DNA from: Promethearchaeota archaeon
Lineage (GTDB): Archaea; Asgardarchaeota; Lokiarchaeia; Sigyniarchaeales; SOKP01
DNA length: 37,342 bases
NCBI GenBank assembly: GCA_004524535.1
Contig: SDNY01000025.1
Location: forward strand, 1 to 37,342
Reading direction: 5' to 3'
Numbering within the stretch: the stretch's first letter is position 1; each line of letters starts with the position of its first letter. A program made the translations under genes and the position numbers. Shown here piece after piece: positions 19,715 through 28,728 of the stretch. A model generated the notes under the pieces. It was given only the letters and a program-made list of their open reading frames with translations. It had not been told where the DNA came from and did no database searches.

Positions 19715-19925
19715 GTTCTTCCACCATCCTTTTTAGCTCCATTTTTAGCTCCATTTTTATACGCTCACCTCGATAGACTCTATATACCTGATACTGAATG
19801 CATTTTTTATACTTACAAAAGCAGTAATATTCATTCTTAAATATTGTCTCACATCCTTCAAAATACGGGCATTCCTCCACTCTTACTTGCTGATTCTCTA
19901 TAATATGATTTTCCATTTCCCTCAC
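19701..19925 (-). CDS. Small Cys-rich element protein, first gene of the minus-strand array
   Basis: CPYFEGC...YCFCKYKKCIQY. The start may instead be ATG at 19916. Confidence 0.65.
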   Translation of the reverse strand: MREMENHIIENQQVRVEECPYFEGCETIFKNEYYCFCKYKKCIQYQVYRVYRGERIKMELKMELKRMVEEHGKD

Positions 19926-19952
19926 TTCTTAAAATGTAAGTTCTACGAAAAA
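19923..19952 (-). repeat. Degenerate inverted copy of the 20273-20302 site
   Basis: The reverse complement reads TTTTTCGTAGAA-CTTACA-TTTTAAGAAGTG, with the same 6-bp spacer and similar arms. Confidence 0.7.
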
Positions 19953-20080
19953 CCTAATAGGAAGTATGAAAATAGGAAAAAAAGGAAATATTTAAAAGGA
20001 AAAAATATCACTTTATAAATTGTTGTGTATTGAAATTATCGACATAATTATAAAAAAAAAAAGATCGTGATGTTTTGTAA

Positions 20081-20272
20081 ATGAATGGTTTTGAATATGA
20101 AACTAAAGATAAGGAAGGATGGGAAACTTTTTATATCGTAGAAGAAATGAAAATAAATTACAAACAATGGAATGAAACATTATATTTAGAAGTTAAATAT
20201 ATAGATGCTGATGGAAATCATTCAGAGAAGGAATTCTTTTTTAAAGAAGATATTAAATTAAAAATATATTAA
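20081..20272 (+). CDS. Small acidic protein, the only plus-strand gene of the element
   Basis: 63-aa ATG ORF that lies between the two inverted 30-bp sites. Confidence 0.65.
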   Translation: MNGFEYETKDKEGWETFYIVEEMKINYKQWNETLYLEVKYIDADGNHSEKEFFFKEDIKLKIY

Positions 20273-20302
20273 AAGTTCGTGAAACTTACATTTCACGAAC
20301 TT
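20273..20302. repeat. Perfect palindrome with 12-bp arms and a 6-bp spacer
   Basis: AAGTTCGTGAAA-CTTACA-TTTCACGAACTT. Confidence 0.9.
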
Positions 20303-20360
20303 ACCCCCATATCTTCAGAATACCCTAATAATATCCCCCAAATCTCAATTTGGATTTTTT

Positions 20361-20370
20361 GTATCGGCAA
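20361..20370 (-). repeat. Right terminal inverted repeat GTATCGGCAA
   Basis: Reverse complement of 12076-12085. Confidence 0.55.
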
Positions 20371-20526
20371 AAAAGACTGCCTAAAAAATCCTACACTCTC
20401 ATATTAATAACCCACACTTATACACTTTATATTATCACAAATAAATACTTGTCAAATTAAGATTACTAATGTTGAGATGTGTGCACAATATAATAATTAG
20501 TAATTATAATTAATTATATATATAAT

Positions 20527-20615
20527 ATTACTAGTAATTTATTTAATTATATTATTTAATTATTTATTTATTATTTAATTACTAGTAATTAATTTAATTA
20601 TATTATTTAATTATT
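20527..20615. repeat. 38-bp direct repeat (two copies, 1 mismatch, period 51) in a nearly pure A/T tract
   Basis: ATTACTAGTAATT(T/A)ATTTAATTATATTATTTAATTATT at 20527 and 20578. Each copy begins with the palindrome ATTACTAGTAAT. Confidence 0.8.
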
Positions 20616-20793
20616 AATATTAATTAACAATTATAGATATATTACATATAATAATTGTGAACTTCAATATTACTATTAATTTATTATTGCTATAATTTAT
20701 ATTGAAACCATCTGTAAAGATATAAAATTTTAAATTTAAAAATTTCTATGTTATTAATGAAATTATATAATTCCCTAATGTGAAAAATAAAAA

Positions 20794-21186
20794 ATGGAGA
20801 TTGAAAAGAAGAGAGAGACTTCGTGGAAAATCCAATTAAAAAAAACAGATGAATATATAGAAATAACTTCGGTTGAAATTAGTGGTGAAGTAAGACAAAT
20901 TAAGCTTGGGCTTATAAATAAAGATAAATCTATTAGAGTTGAAATGAGTAAAGAAGATTTTTTCAAATTTCTTTCTCTAATATCTGCATTTAAGGATGTA
21001 GTTATTGGTGAGGAGTCAATATTAGTAGAAAGTGAATTAAATATCGTTGAAGATAAACCAGAAAAAATTCAAGAGTATTCACAAATAGAAGATGATCTCT
21101 ATCAAATAAATTCTAAACCTTCTGAAGAATCTATGGAAAATAACGATACAGAAGAATTAAATCCTGAAGAATGGGATCCTTGGTAA
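20794..21186 (+). CDS. Hypothetical protein with an acidic tail ending EEWDPW
   Basis: 130-aa ORF with host-like composition. Confidence 0.75.
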   Translation: MEIEKKRETSWKIQLKKTDEYIEITSVEISGEVRQIKLGLINKDKSIRVEMSKEDFFKFLSLISAFKDVVIGEESILVESELNIVEDKPEKIQEYSQIEDDLYQINSKPSEESMENNDTEELNPEEWDPW

Positions 21187-21196
21187 TTAAACCTAT

Positions 21197-21697
21197 TTAA
21201 CTTATTTTACTGATGTTATATTCACAAATTTTTAAATTTGAATTTTCAAGACAACAATTAGGTTCAGATACAGATACTTGATATAATGCGTACTCCCCAA
21301 AACCCGATAATAACCCATTAATGAAATAACAAAAATATTTTGATTTGTTTTCTAATACGGATGAGATATTATGACGAAGTTCTATAACAATTAAATCCTC
21401 TGATATTTTTCTAGGAACAAAAAGCCCCCATCCTAGATTATTTATTAAATTACAAAATTGATTTACTAAATCATTTAAAGTTTTTGGTTTTAAATGTTCT
21501 TCCCAGTTTTGTATTAATGTCCAACCTGCTTTTTTCCCTAGCCATACTAATAAAGATTTTACACCTTCACCATAAATAGACGATAAAATATCAATTAATT
21601 GGGGGGGGAAAAAAACGAAACGATCGTTAAATAATTGAAATATACCATTATTATATTTTAAACCTTTTAATTTTAAGATTCTCATAATTATAATCAT
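21197..21697 (-). CDS. V4R domain protein (Bet3/TRAPP-related fold)
   Basis: LGKKAG...LGWG...CYFINGLLSG...VSEPNCCLE...CEY pattern. Confidence 0.8.
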   Translation of the reverse strand: MIIIMRILKLKGLKYNNGIFQLFNDRFVFFPPQLIDILSSIYGEGVKSLLVWLGKKAGWTLIQNWEEHLKPKTLNDLVNQFCNLINNLGWGLFVPRKISEDLIVIELRHNISSVLENKSKYFCYFINGLLSGFGEYALYQVSVSEPNCCLENSNLKICEYNISKIS

Positions 21698-22009
21698 TAA
21701 TTTTTTATTATTTAATCTTTTCTAGATGAGATTATTTCATTTATATTAGGTATATTCATTTAACAAATAATTCTTTAAGAATTTATAAAAATCCGTCCAA
21801 TATATCAATTTGGAAATGAAAATTAAGTATAAGGCTCTATAAATATATCTATTTGATACGAAATATCCGCGGTTAAAATAAAACCAATTTGAAATTGAAA
21901 ATTTTAATATTACTAATGCCTTTATACACTTTATTTTTATAAACTAATAATCAATAAAATTAATCCGAAATTTGAGAACTTTAAATATATGAAAAAAAAG
22001 ATAGATTGA

Positions 22010-22309
22010 ATGTTTGATTTATATTTCACTTTATTTCAAATCTTATTGATATTAGCGCTTTATATTTTTATTTTTTTCTATTCGGCAATATCTGCTGATA
22101 TGATGACTACATGCATTTGTTTAATGATATTCCTGATCTTTCTTTTACCTTTTTATATTTTATTAGAAAAACTAATACTAATAATCTTTATAAATAACAT
22201 TGGAAACATCCTATTTTTTAAAATATTAATATTTTATTCAATTATCATAGTTATATTTATCGGATTCTTTCTTTTCATACAATTAATTTATTTATTTTTG
22301 TCCGCTTAA
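22010..22309 (+). CDS. Small multi-TM membrane protein
   Basis: Three hydrophobic segments. Low complexity, so it could be spurious. Confidence 0.5.
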   Translation: MFDLYFTLFQILLILALYIFIFFYSAISADMMTTCICLMIFLIFLLPFYILLEKLILIIFINNIGNILFFKILIFYSIIIVIFIGFFLFIQLIYLFLSA

Positions 22310-22321
22310 AGCATCTGGCTT

Positions 22322-23848
22322 CTAAAAAAGCATTATAATATTCATGAACGATATAAAGAATGATAATATGTACACTATACTTGAAATTAAATTTATTAAG
22401 ATTTTTTTTTCGAAATTAATAATCTTTAAAAAATAATAACATGTTATCAAGTTGCTAAAAAATAATGTCAAGAATATTACTATAAGATCCAAAATATTAA
22501 TCAATTCAATGTAATCATTATATGAAAAGCTTCCTAACTGATCTATATTCTTAGTTAACATAATAAACAATGGAATCATTCCTCCGATCGATCCGATTAT
22601 TATTGGTAAAAGAAATATAAAAATTAGTACTTTAAATTTTTCACCTTTAATTATTATAGTAAGTTTTCTTTCAAGTCTTCTATGTTTAGAAATAATTTCT
22701 AAGATTTCTATAACTTTATCTGCAGAATAATAAGAATTTTCATCTAACATCCTTTCTATCACATCTATTATTATTATATAACGTAAAGATTTTAATTCAT
22801 CTTTCAATAAATTCAATATTTCACCAAATGAACAAGAAAAATTCAATAGACGAGATATTTGTGGTTCAAATGGTGTATTTAATATTTTGTAGAATTTTTT
22901 ATTTTGTAAATAAGCGTTAGTAAAAGCAATTTCTGGTGAAATATTAGCTTTTAAATTTAGAGCAAAATTTTTTAAAAATATTTGAAATTCATCAAATTTT
23001 CTTTTTTCTTTATTAGAATATTCTTTTAATAAACCAAGGAGTAATATATTAATTCTTATTAATTTTCGGAATAAAAAATTTAACAAAATTAAGAAGAAAG
23101 GAATAAATAAAATAATCAAAATTGTATTAATTTGCTGAAATAAGATTAGAAAACATAATCCTATTGGAAAAAAAAATCCTATAAAGAAAACAATACTAAT
23201 TTTCGATTCTATGTCTCTTAAAACAACTTTAAAATTTCTTTCTGAAGTGTTATCATCTAAATTTTGAAATTCATAATCAGTATTAAAATCATTAATAATC
23301 AAATCTCTTAAATAATGATTAAAGTCTTCAGAAGGAGTTACAATTTTTAATAATTCTTTTTCAGGAGTATATCCTTCATGAATTTTTCTTAAAATAATTT
23401 TGCAGCTTTCGGATACAGGTAAATTATAATTTTTAATTAATTCAATAAAATTTATAGAATAATCAGTATTTATTTTTAAAGTTTTTTTAATTAGAGAGAA
23501 ATTAATTATGATTAAATAAAGTAAAGCATTTAATATCGATTCTTCCTTTTTTATTTTTTTATATAAGTGTGAATTGAATCGATAAGATGCTAATAAGGAA
23601 AGCACCAATGAATAAAAGATAATTATTAGTATACTAAAGGGTGTGAAAAATAACGACAAGATTATTGATATGATGAAAAATAATGAAAAAATTACAAAGC
23701 TAGCTTTATTGATATCATCTTCATCAATATTAAATTTATTTCTATATAAATATCTATACCAATCATTTAATTCTTTAAATTTTATTTTTGGAAATTTATA
23801 ATCATGAAATATTTTGCAAAATCTTAGATATTTTTTTAAATTAGTCAT
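22322..23848 (-). CDS. Type II/IV secretion system membrane platform protein (TadC/FlaJ-like)
   Basis: Multi-TM protein with two cytoplasmic domains (EGYTPEKEL, ANISPEIAF), downstream of the secretion ATPase. Confidence 0.7.
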   Translation of the reverse strand: MTNLKKYLRFCKIFHDYKFPKIKFKELNDWYRYLYRNKFNIDEDDINKASFVIFSLFFIISIILSLFFTPFSILIIIFYSLVLSLLASYRFNSHLYKKIKKEESILNALLYLIIINFSLIKKTLKINTDYSINFIELIKNYNLPVSESCKIILRKIHEGYTPEKELLKIVTPSEDFNHYLRDLIINDFNTDYEFQNLDDNTSERNFKVVLRDIESKISIVFFIGFFFPIGLCFLILFQQINTILIILFIPFFLILLNFLFRKLIRINILLLGLLKEYSNKEKRKFDEFQIFLKNFALNLKANISPEIAFTNAYLQNKKFYKILNTPFEPQISRLLNFSCSFGEILNLLKDELKSLRYIIIIDVIERMLDENSYYSADKVIEILEIISKHRRLERKLTIIIKGEKFKVLIFIFLLPIIIGSIGGMIPLFIMLTKNIDQLGSFSYNDYIELINILDLIVIFLTLFFSNLITCYYFLKIINFEKKILINLISSIVYILSFFISFMNIIMLF

Positions 23849-23860
23849 TAGATTTTTTTC

Positions 23861-24238
23861 CTATAAAATCATTATTATTAAATATAAGCTATTAAGGGAG
23901 CTTTTCAATAAAAAAAACTCAATTGGTCCTAGAATTAATTTAAAAGTTTTTTCTTTCGGATTATAGTAAAATCTAGAATAAGTATTTTTAAAGAATATTT
24001 CCAAATATCTTAAGTATTCAACATTTACAAAAGATATTTCTTCGTTTTTTTCGATATTTTCGTTATTTTCATAGAATGTTATGATTATTGAGTCATTATT
24101 ATAATCATCTAAGCCTCTTTTATCATTTTCCTTAAAATCTGTTATTTTTCCAAAAAAAGGAGTTATAAGAATAAAGAAAATAGTTAAAATAAAAATTCCA
24201 AAACCAATAAGTAATGCTTTTTCCAATAAATTTGTCAT
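23861..24238 (-). CDS. Pilin-like or membrane-anchored small protein
   Basis: N-terminal LLEKALLIGFGIFILTIFFILI resembles an archaeal pilin helix. It lies between the ATPase and platform genes. Confidence 0.5.
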   Translation of the reverse strand: MTNLLEKALLIGFGIFILTIFFILITPFFGKITDFKENDKRGLDDYNNDSIIITFYENNENIEKNEEISFVNVEYLRYLEIFFKNTYSRFYYNPKEKTFKLILGPIEFFLLKSSLNSLYLIIMIL

Positions 24239-24254
24239 AAAAACTTTTTATAGT

Positions 24255-26453
24255 TTATGAATTTAAACTTCTATTCTTTTTCCATTCTTTCCAATAATTT
24301 TCCAGAAGGACGATAGAGTTAGTAGAATAAAATGATATCTTATGAAATAAATCAACTAATTTCTCATTGTTGATTTTCTTAATTTTTGAAAGAAATTTAA
24401 AAATATCTTCATAAATGCTTATAATATGGTTAAATTTCTCTATAGTAATATCCTCATAAACTCTTAATTGTTTAATTGTGTTCGTTTCATATAGAGATTT
24501 TAATTTGTCCCATGTCTTCTTATTTGGATTATATTGAAAAATGGTTTGATAGTATTTGCCCTTCTCAAGGTTATTAGAGTTAATTTCAACCACAGAAACA
24601 ACTCTTCTTTTATTACGTTCCTTTTTTAACAAGATAATTAGATCCAAATCATTTAAACAGGAAAAATTTATATTAAAATGATGAAGAAATCGATTTATTA
24701 AAGAATCTATTGTATTGGAGTGAATTGTTTGGAAGCCTCTCAATCCAGCAGCAAGACAATGAAACATTGCTTCTGATTCTTCTTTAGTTAAGATTTCACC
24801 GAGATAGATAATATCTGGAGTCCGATGCAGTAAGGTTTTAATATAATTGCTTTTTGAAAACCTTTTTTTAATAGAATTATCAAGAGAATCTGCTTGATAT
24901 TTTAATTGATGTTTACTAAATTTAGTTTGATTTAATGATTCTTCAACGTTCTCAATATAAATCTTTCTAAATTCTTTTGGAGTCAATAGATCAAAAGCGT
25001 TGATTAAAGTTGTCTTTCCAGTATCTGTTTCTCCTGTTACTGTTACATTAATTCTCCGTAAAATATTAAAAAATAAAAATGCTGCTATTAAAGGAGTTAA
25101 GGTTTTATTTTTTAATAGATCTTGAATTGTAAGGATATTTTTATTTAACTTTCTAATATCTAAAGCAAAATTATCTATATGAACAGGTGCTACATCAACA
25201 GCAAATCTGCAATAAAAATATTTATTTTTCATAACATATTTGATACTTGGATTAATATAATCAAGTCTTTGACTACTATAAAGTCTCAATAATGTTTTTA
25301 ATCGTTCAATTTCTTTTAAAGAAAGGCTAATTTTTGTTTGACATCTTCCATATTTTTGATGATTAATGTAAATATAGGTATTTGGTGAATCTAAGAAAAT
25401 CTCTTCTATATAATCGTCGATTAACAACGGAAATATCTTAGATAGGTTTAATTTTTTTAGAGCTGCGAAAAATCCAATCTTTTTTTGTTCTATTTTAGGT
25501 AAATTAAATTTTGAGTTAATAATTTTTAAAGATTCACGTTTATAGATTTTAATTAAAGTCTCTAAAGGGATTATTTTCTCAAGTTTAAAAATTTCTAAGT
25601 GTTTTAATAAATCATCAATAATGTTTTTAAAATAAATTTTATCTGCTAATGAATTAAATGATAGTTTTACATCATACTCTTTCTCAGATTCGTTAATAAC
25701 ATTGAAGATTGAAATTTGGAAGAGTTTATATTTTCCAATCTCATATACTTCAATCAACTCTTCATTTTTTTTTATAGTGTATTGCTTTAAGGCTTTTTTT
25801 TTTTCAGCTAATGAATAATCCTTTATCAGTAAAAATTCATAAAAATTTGATATTTTTTGTGTTAAAATAGGATTATTCTCAAAATTATTGAACTCTTCTA
25901 TTATTTTTAGATTATTCAAAATTTTTTGTATATCTTCAACTAAACTTCTTATATAATTATAACAATTTCGACAGGTTGAATCGATATTTTTTTTTTTTTT
26001 TATGATAATAGATTTTTTTTGAATTAAGCTATATAACAAAACTGGATTGAAATAACATTTTTCATCTATATTAAAGAAAGATTCATAATCTGGAAAAACT
26101 TTACATTTAAAGTCTTGAAATCCACATTTCTTTTTTTTAAAGGTTTCAATTTTCTGATAAATAGTTTTAATTTTTTTTAATCTCTTGAAATAATCTAAAA
26201 TTAATGTAATGTTTTTGGAATCAATTAAGGTTTTTAAAGAATCTATTGAAATAAAGTTAAATTTTTCATTTATATTGTTATAGAGACTCTCTAAGAAACA
26301 GAATTTGCAATTTATATTGTTTAAAAAATCCTTCTTGATTTCTGAACAATTATTACAATTTATTTTTAGTATTTTCTCACTTTTTCCTTCAAAATTTTCT
26401 CTTATTTGAAAAGCTGTTTTAGACTTTAAATTCATTGACATCCAAATTATCAT
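24255..26453 (-). CDS. Type II/IV secretion system ATPase (TadA/FlaI/VirB11 family) with a Cys-rich N-terminus
   Basis: Walker A GETDTGKTT, IENVEE (Asp box), HRTPDIIYLGEI (Walker B), FQTIHS (His box). Confidence 0.9.
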   Translation of the reverse strand: MIIWMSMNLKSKTAFQIRENFEGKSEKILKINCNNCSEIKKDFLNNINCKFCFLESLYNNINEKFNFISIDSLKTLIDSKNITLILDYFKRLKKIKTIYQKIETFKKKKCGFQDFKCKVFPDYESFFNIDEKCYFNPVLLYSLIQKKSIIIKKKKNIDSTCRNCYNYIRSLVEDIQKILNNLKIIEEFNNFENNPILTQKISNFYEFLLIKDYSLAEKKKALKQYTIKKNEELIEVYEIGKYKLFQISIFNVINESEKEYDVKLSFNSLADKIYFKNIIDDLLKHLEIFKLEKIIPLETLIKIYKRESLKIINSKFNLPKIEQKKIGFFAALKKLNLSKIFPLLIDDYIEEIFLDSPNTYIYINHQKYGRCQTKISLSLKEIERLKTLLRLYSSQRLDYINPSIKYVMKNKYFYCRFAVDVAPVHIDNFALDIRKLNKNILTIQDLLKNKTLTPLIAAFLFFNILRRINVTVTGETDTGKTTLINAFDLLTPKEFRKIYIENVEESLNQTKFSKHQLKYQADSLDNSIKKRFSKSNYIKTLLHRTPDIIYLGEILTKEESEAMFHCLAAGLRGFQTIHSNTIDSLINRFLHHFNINFSCLNDLDLIILLKKERNKRRVVSVVEINSNNLEKGKYYQTIFQYNPNKKTWDKLKSLYETNTIKQLRVYEDITIEKFNHIISIYEDIFKFLSKIKKINNEKLVDLFHKISFYSTNSIVLLENYWKEWKKNRSLNS

Positions 26454-26629
26454 TTGAATTTATTAATTTAAATGCCTCCTTTTTATTTTATTAATTTAAA
26501 ATGAAAGATTATATTTTATATTAAAAAATCGTGCTAAAATTTAATCAAATTAATTATTCCACTGTTAAAATTTTCAAAAAATTTAATTAACTTGAAAGAT
26601 TCATATTTTTAAAAAAAGAGTGATAGTTT

Positions 26630-27649
26630 ATGGGTCATCGGAAAAAACATGCTCCAAGACATGGCTCACTAGCATATCTTCCTAGAAAAAGGGCTAAAAA
26701 CATTAAGGGGCGCATTAGAAATTGGTTTGACTATTCAAACGAAATTAATTTTCTCGGATTCGCTGGTTTTAAGGCTGGTATGACCCATATAACTTATATA
26801 GAAGATCAAAAAACAAGTCCTTATCATGGAAAAGAATTAATGAAACCTATTACCCTAATAGAAGTTCCCCCTTTACTCTTAATTGGAGTCAGAATATATA
26901 ACGAAGATGATTACGGTAAATATGTTGTGGGAGAAATATTCACTAAAGAAATTAATGATTATTTACTTCGTAAAATAAACATTCCAAATTTAGATACTTA
27001 TAATTATAACGATATAAAAGAGAAATTAATAAATCAGATAAACCAAACGAGTGAAATTAGAGGTATTTTTCAAACCCAACCTTATAAAACATCTTTACCT
27101 AGAAAAAAACCAGATATAATTGAAATTAAAGTAAATTCAATAAAAAATCCTCTCAAAGAATTCAATTTTACTTTAGATCATCTAGGTAAAGAAATAAGAG
27201 CACGAGATATTTTAACTGAAGGAGAATTAATTGATGTCGTTGCTGTATCAAAAGGAAAAGGATTTCAAGGACCTGTTAAAAGATTTGGGATTAAATTATT
27301 AACCAGAAAAAACAGTAAAATTCAACGGGGCGTAGCATGTATAGGTCCTTGGCATCCTGCTAGAGTTCTATATACTGTACCGCGTCCTGGGCAATTAGGA
27401 TTTCATCAAAGGACTGAATATCATAAAAGAATTATGCAAATTGGTGAAAATGAGGAAGAGATTAATCCAAAGGGGGGTTTAATTAATTATGGAAAAATTA
27501 AAGGAGATTATCTTTTATTATTAGGATCTGTACCTGGAACTAAAAAAAGGCTAATCAGATTGAGAAAAACAATTCGACCATTAAAAGCTTTTATAGTAAA
27601 ATCTCCAGAAATTACTTTTATCAGTCGAGAGAGTCAACAGAGAAAATAA
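26630..27649 (+). CDS. rpl3: 50S ribosomal protein L3
   Basis: MGHRKKHAPRHGSLAYLPRKRA, GFKAGMTH, SKGKGFQGPVKRFG, GPWHP. Confidence 0.98.
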   Translation: MGHRKKHAPRHGSLAYLPRKRAKNIKGRIRNWFDYSNEINFLGFAGFKAGMTHITYIEDQKTSPYHGKELMKPITLIEVPPLLLIGVRIYNEDDYGKYVVGEIFTKEINDYLLRKINIPNLDTYNYNDIKEKLINQINQTSEIRGIFQTQPYKTSLPRKKPDIIEIKVNSIKNPLKEFNFTLDHLGKEIRARDILTEGELIDVVAVSKGKGFQGPVKRFGIKLLTRKNSKIQRGVACIGPWHPARVLYTVPRPGQLGFHQRTEYHKRIMQIGENEEEINPKGGLINYGKIKGDYLLLLGSVPGTKKRLIRLRKTIRPLKAFIVKSPEITFISRESQQRK

Positions 27650-27671
27650 TTAATAATTCTAATGTGATTTT

Positions 27672-28463
27672 ATGGAAAAGATAAATGTTTATGGTTTAGA
27701 TGGTGAAAAAAAAGGATTAATTGATAAGCCTGAAATATTTAATTTCAAACCTAGAAAAGATATCATACAAAAAGCTATTGAGATCCATCAGAGTAAAAAA
27801 AAACAGATTCAAGGGAGAGATAGAAGAGCAGGTCTAAGAAATACTGCTGAAGGTTGGGGAACTGGGCATGGAATGTCAAGAGCACCTAGATTAAAAGGCT
27901 CAGGGTATATGACGGCTAGAAATGTCGGAAGAGTTCCTTTTGCTAAAGGGGGTAGGAGAGCTCATCCAATTAAAAGTGAAAAAAAGATAATTAAAAAGAT
28001 GAATAAAAAAACTTATGAGCTTTCTATAATCTCAGCTATATCTGCTTCTGGAAACGTTTTATGGGTTCAAAAAAGAGGTCACAAAATTCAAAATATTCCT
28101 GAAATTCCATTGGTTGTTGATGATAAAATTCAAACAATCAAAAAAACTGAACAAATTTATTCAATTTTATGTGATTTAGGATTTAATGAGGAATTAATAA
28201 AAAATAAAAAAGGTAAAAAAATTAGAGCTGGTAAAGGTAAAAAAAGAGGTCGAAAATATAAAAGAAAAAAGGGAATTTTAATTGTAATAAAAGATGATTT
28301 TGGAATTGTAAAATCTTCAAGAAATATTCCTGGAACAGAAATTATTAATATTGAAGATTTATCGATTGATAAATTAGCTCCAGGAGGAGTAGCAGGAAGA
28401 TTAATAATTTGGGCTCAATCGGCGTTTAATGAGTTAAAAAATAAATTCGAGGTGTTAATTTAA
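27672..28463 (+). CDS. rpl4: 50S ribosomal protein L4
   Basis: [43 protein letters not shown]. Confidence 0.98.
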   Translation: MEKINVYGLDGEKKGLIDKPEIFNFKPRKDIIQKAIEIHQSKKKQIQGRDRRAGLRNTAEGWGTGHGMSRAPRLKGSGYMTARNVGRVPFAKGGRRAHPIKSEKKIIKKMNKKTYELSIISAISASGNVLWVQKRGHKIQNIPEIPLVVDDKIQTIKKTEQIYSILCDLGFNEELIKNKKGKKIRAGKGKKRGRKYKRKKGILIVIKDDFGIVKSSRNIPGTEIINIEDLSIDKLAPGGVAGRLIIWAQSAFNELKNKFEVLI

Positions 28464-28464
28464 A

Positions 28465-28728
28465 TTGGAGAGATATTATAAAATCATTAAGAGACCATTA
28501 ATTACAGAAAAAACATTTGATCTGATTGAGCGAGAGAATAAATTAGTTTTTATTGTGGATAGATTAGCAAATAAAAACCAAATAAAGCGCGCAATTGAAA
28601 AAATCCATAGAGTAAAAGTTATAAAAGTTAATACATTAATCACCGTTACAGGGGAAAAAAAGGCATTCGTTAAATTACATCCGGACAACTCTGCTCAAGA
28701 TATCTCCATCGATTTGGGCGTTTTTTAA
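28465..28728 (+). CDS. rpl23: 50S ribosomal protein L23
   Basis: [36 protein letters not shown] start. Confidence 0.97.
   Translation: MERYYKIIKRPLITEKTFDLIERENKLVFIVDRLANKNQIKRAIEKIHRVKVIKVNTLITVTGEKKAFVKLHPDNSAQDISIDLGVF

Larger units (their letters stand above)
12076..20370 (-). mobile_element. Integrated rolling-circle (HUH Rep) virus-like element, about 8.3 kb, with no integrase
   Basis: About 20 tightly packed, co-oriented, mostly short minus-strand ORFs with overlapping stop/start codons and frequent (G)AGGTGA-type SD motifs. The coding strand is purine-rich. It has two HUH Rep genes, membrane and beta-rich proteins, and a bounding inverted repeat. Confidence 0.85.

Noticed and set aside
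20480-20700. CRISPR array
   Set aside because: Only two low-complexity repeat copies, a 13-bp gap, and no cas genes.
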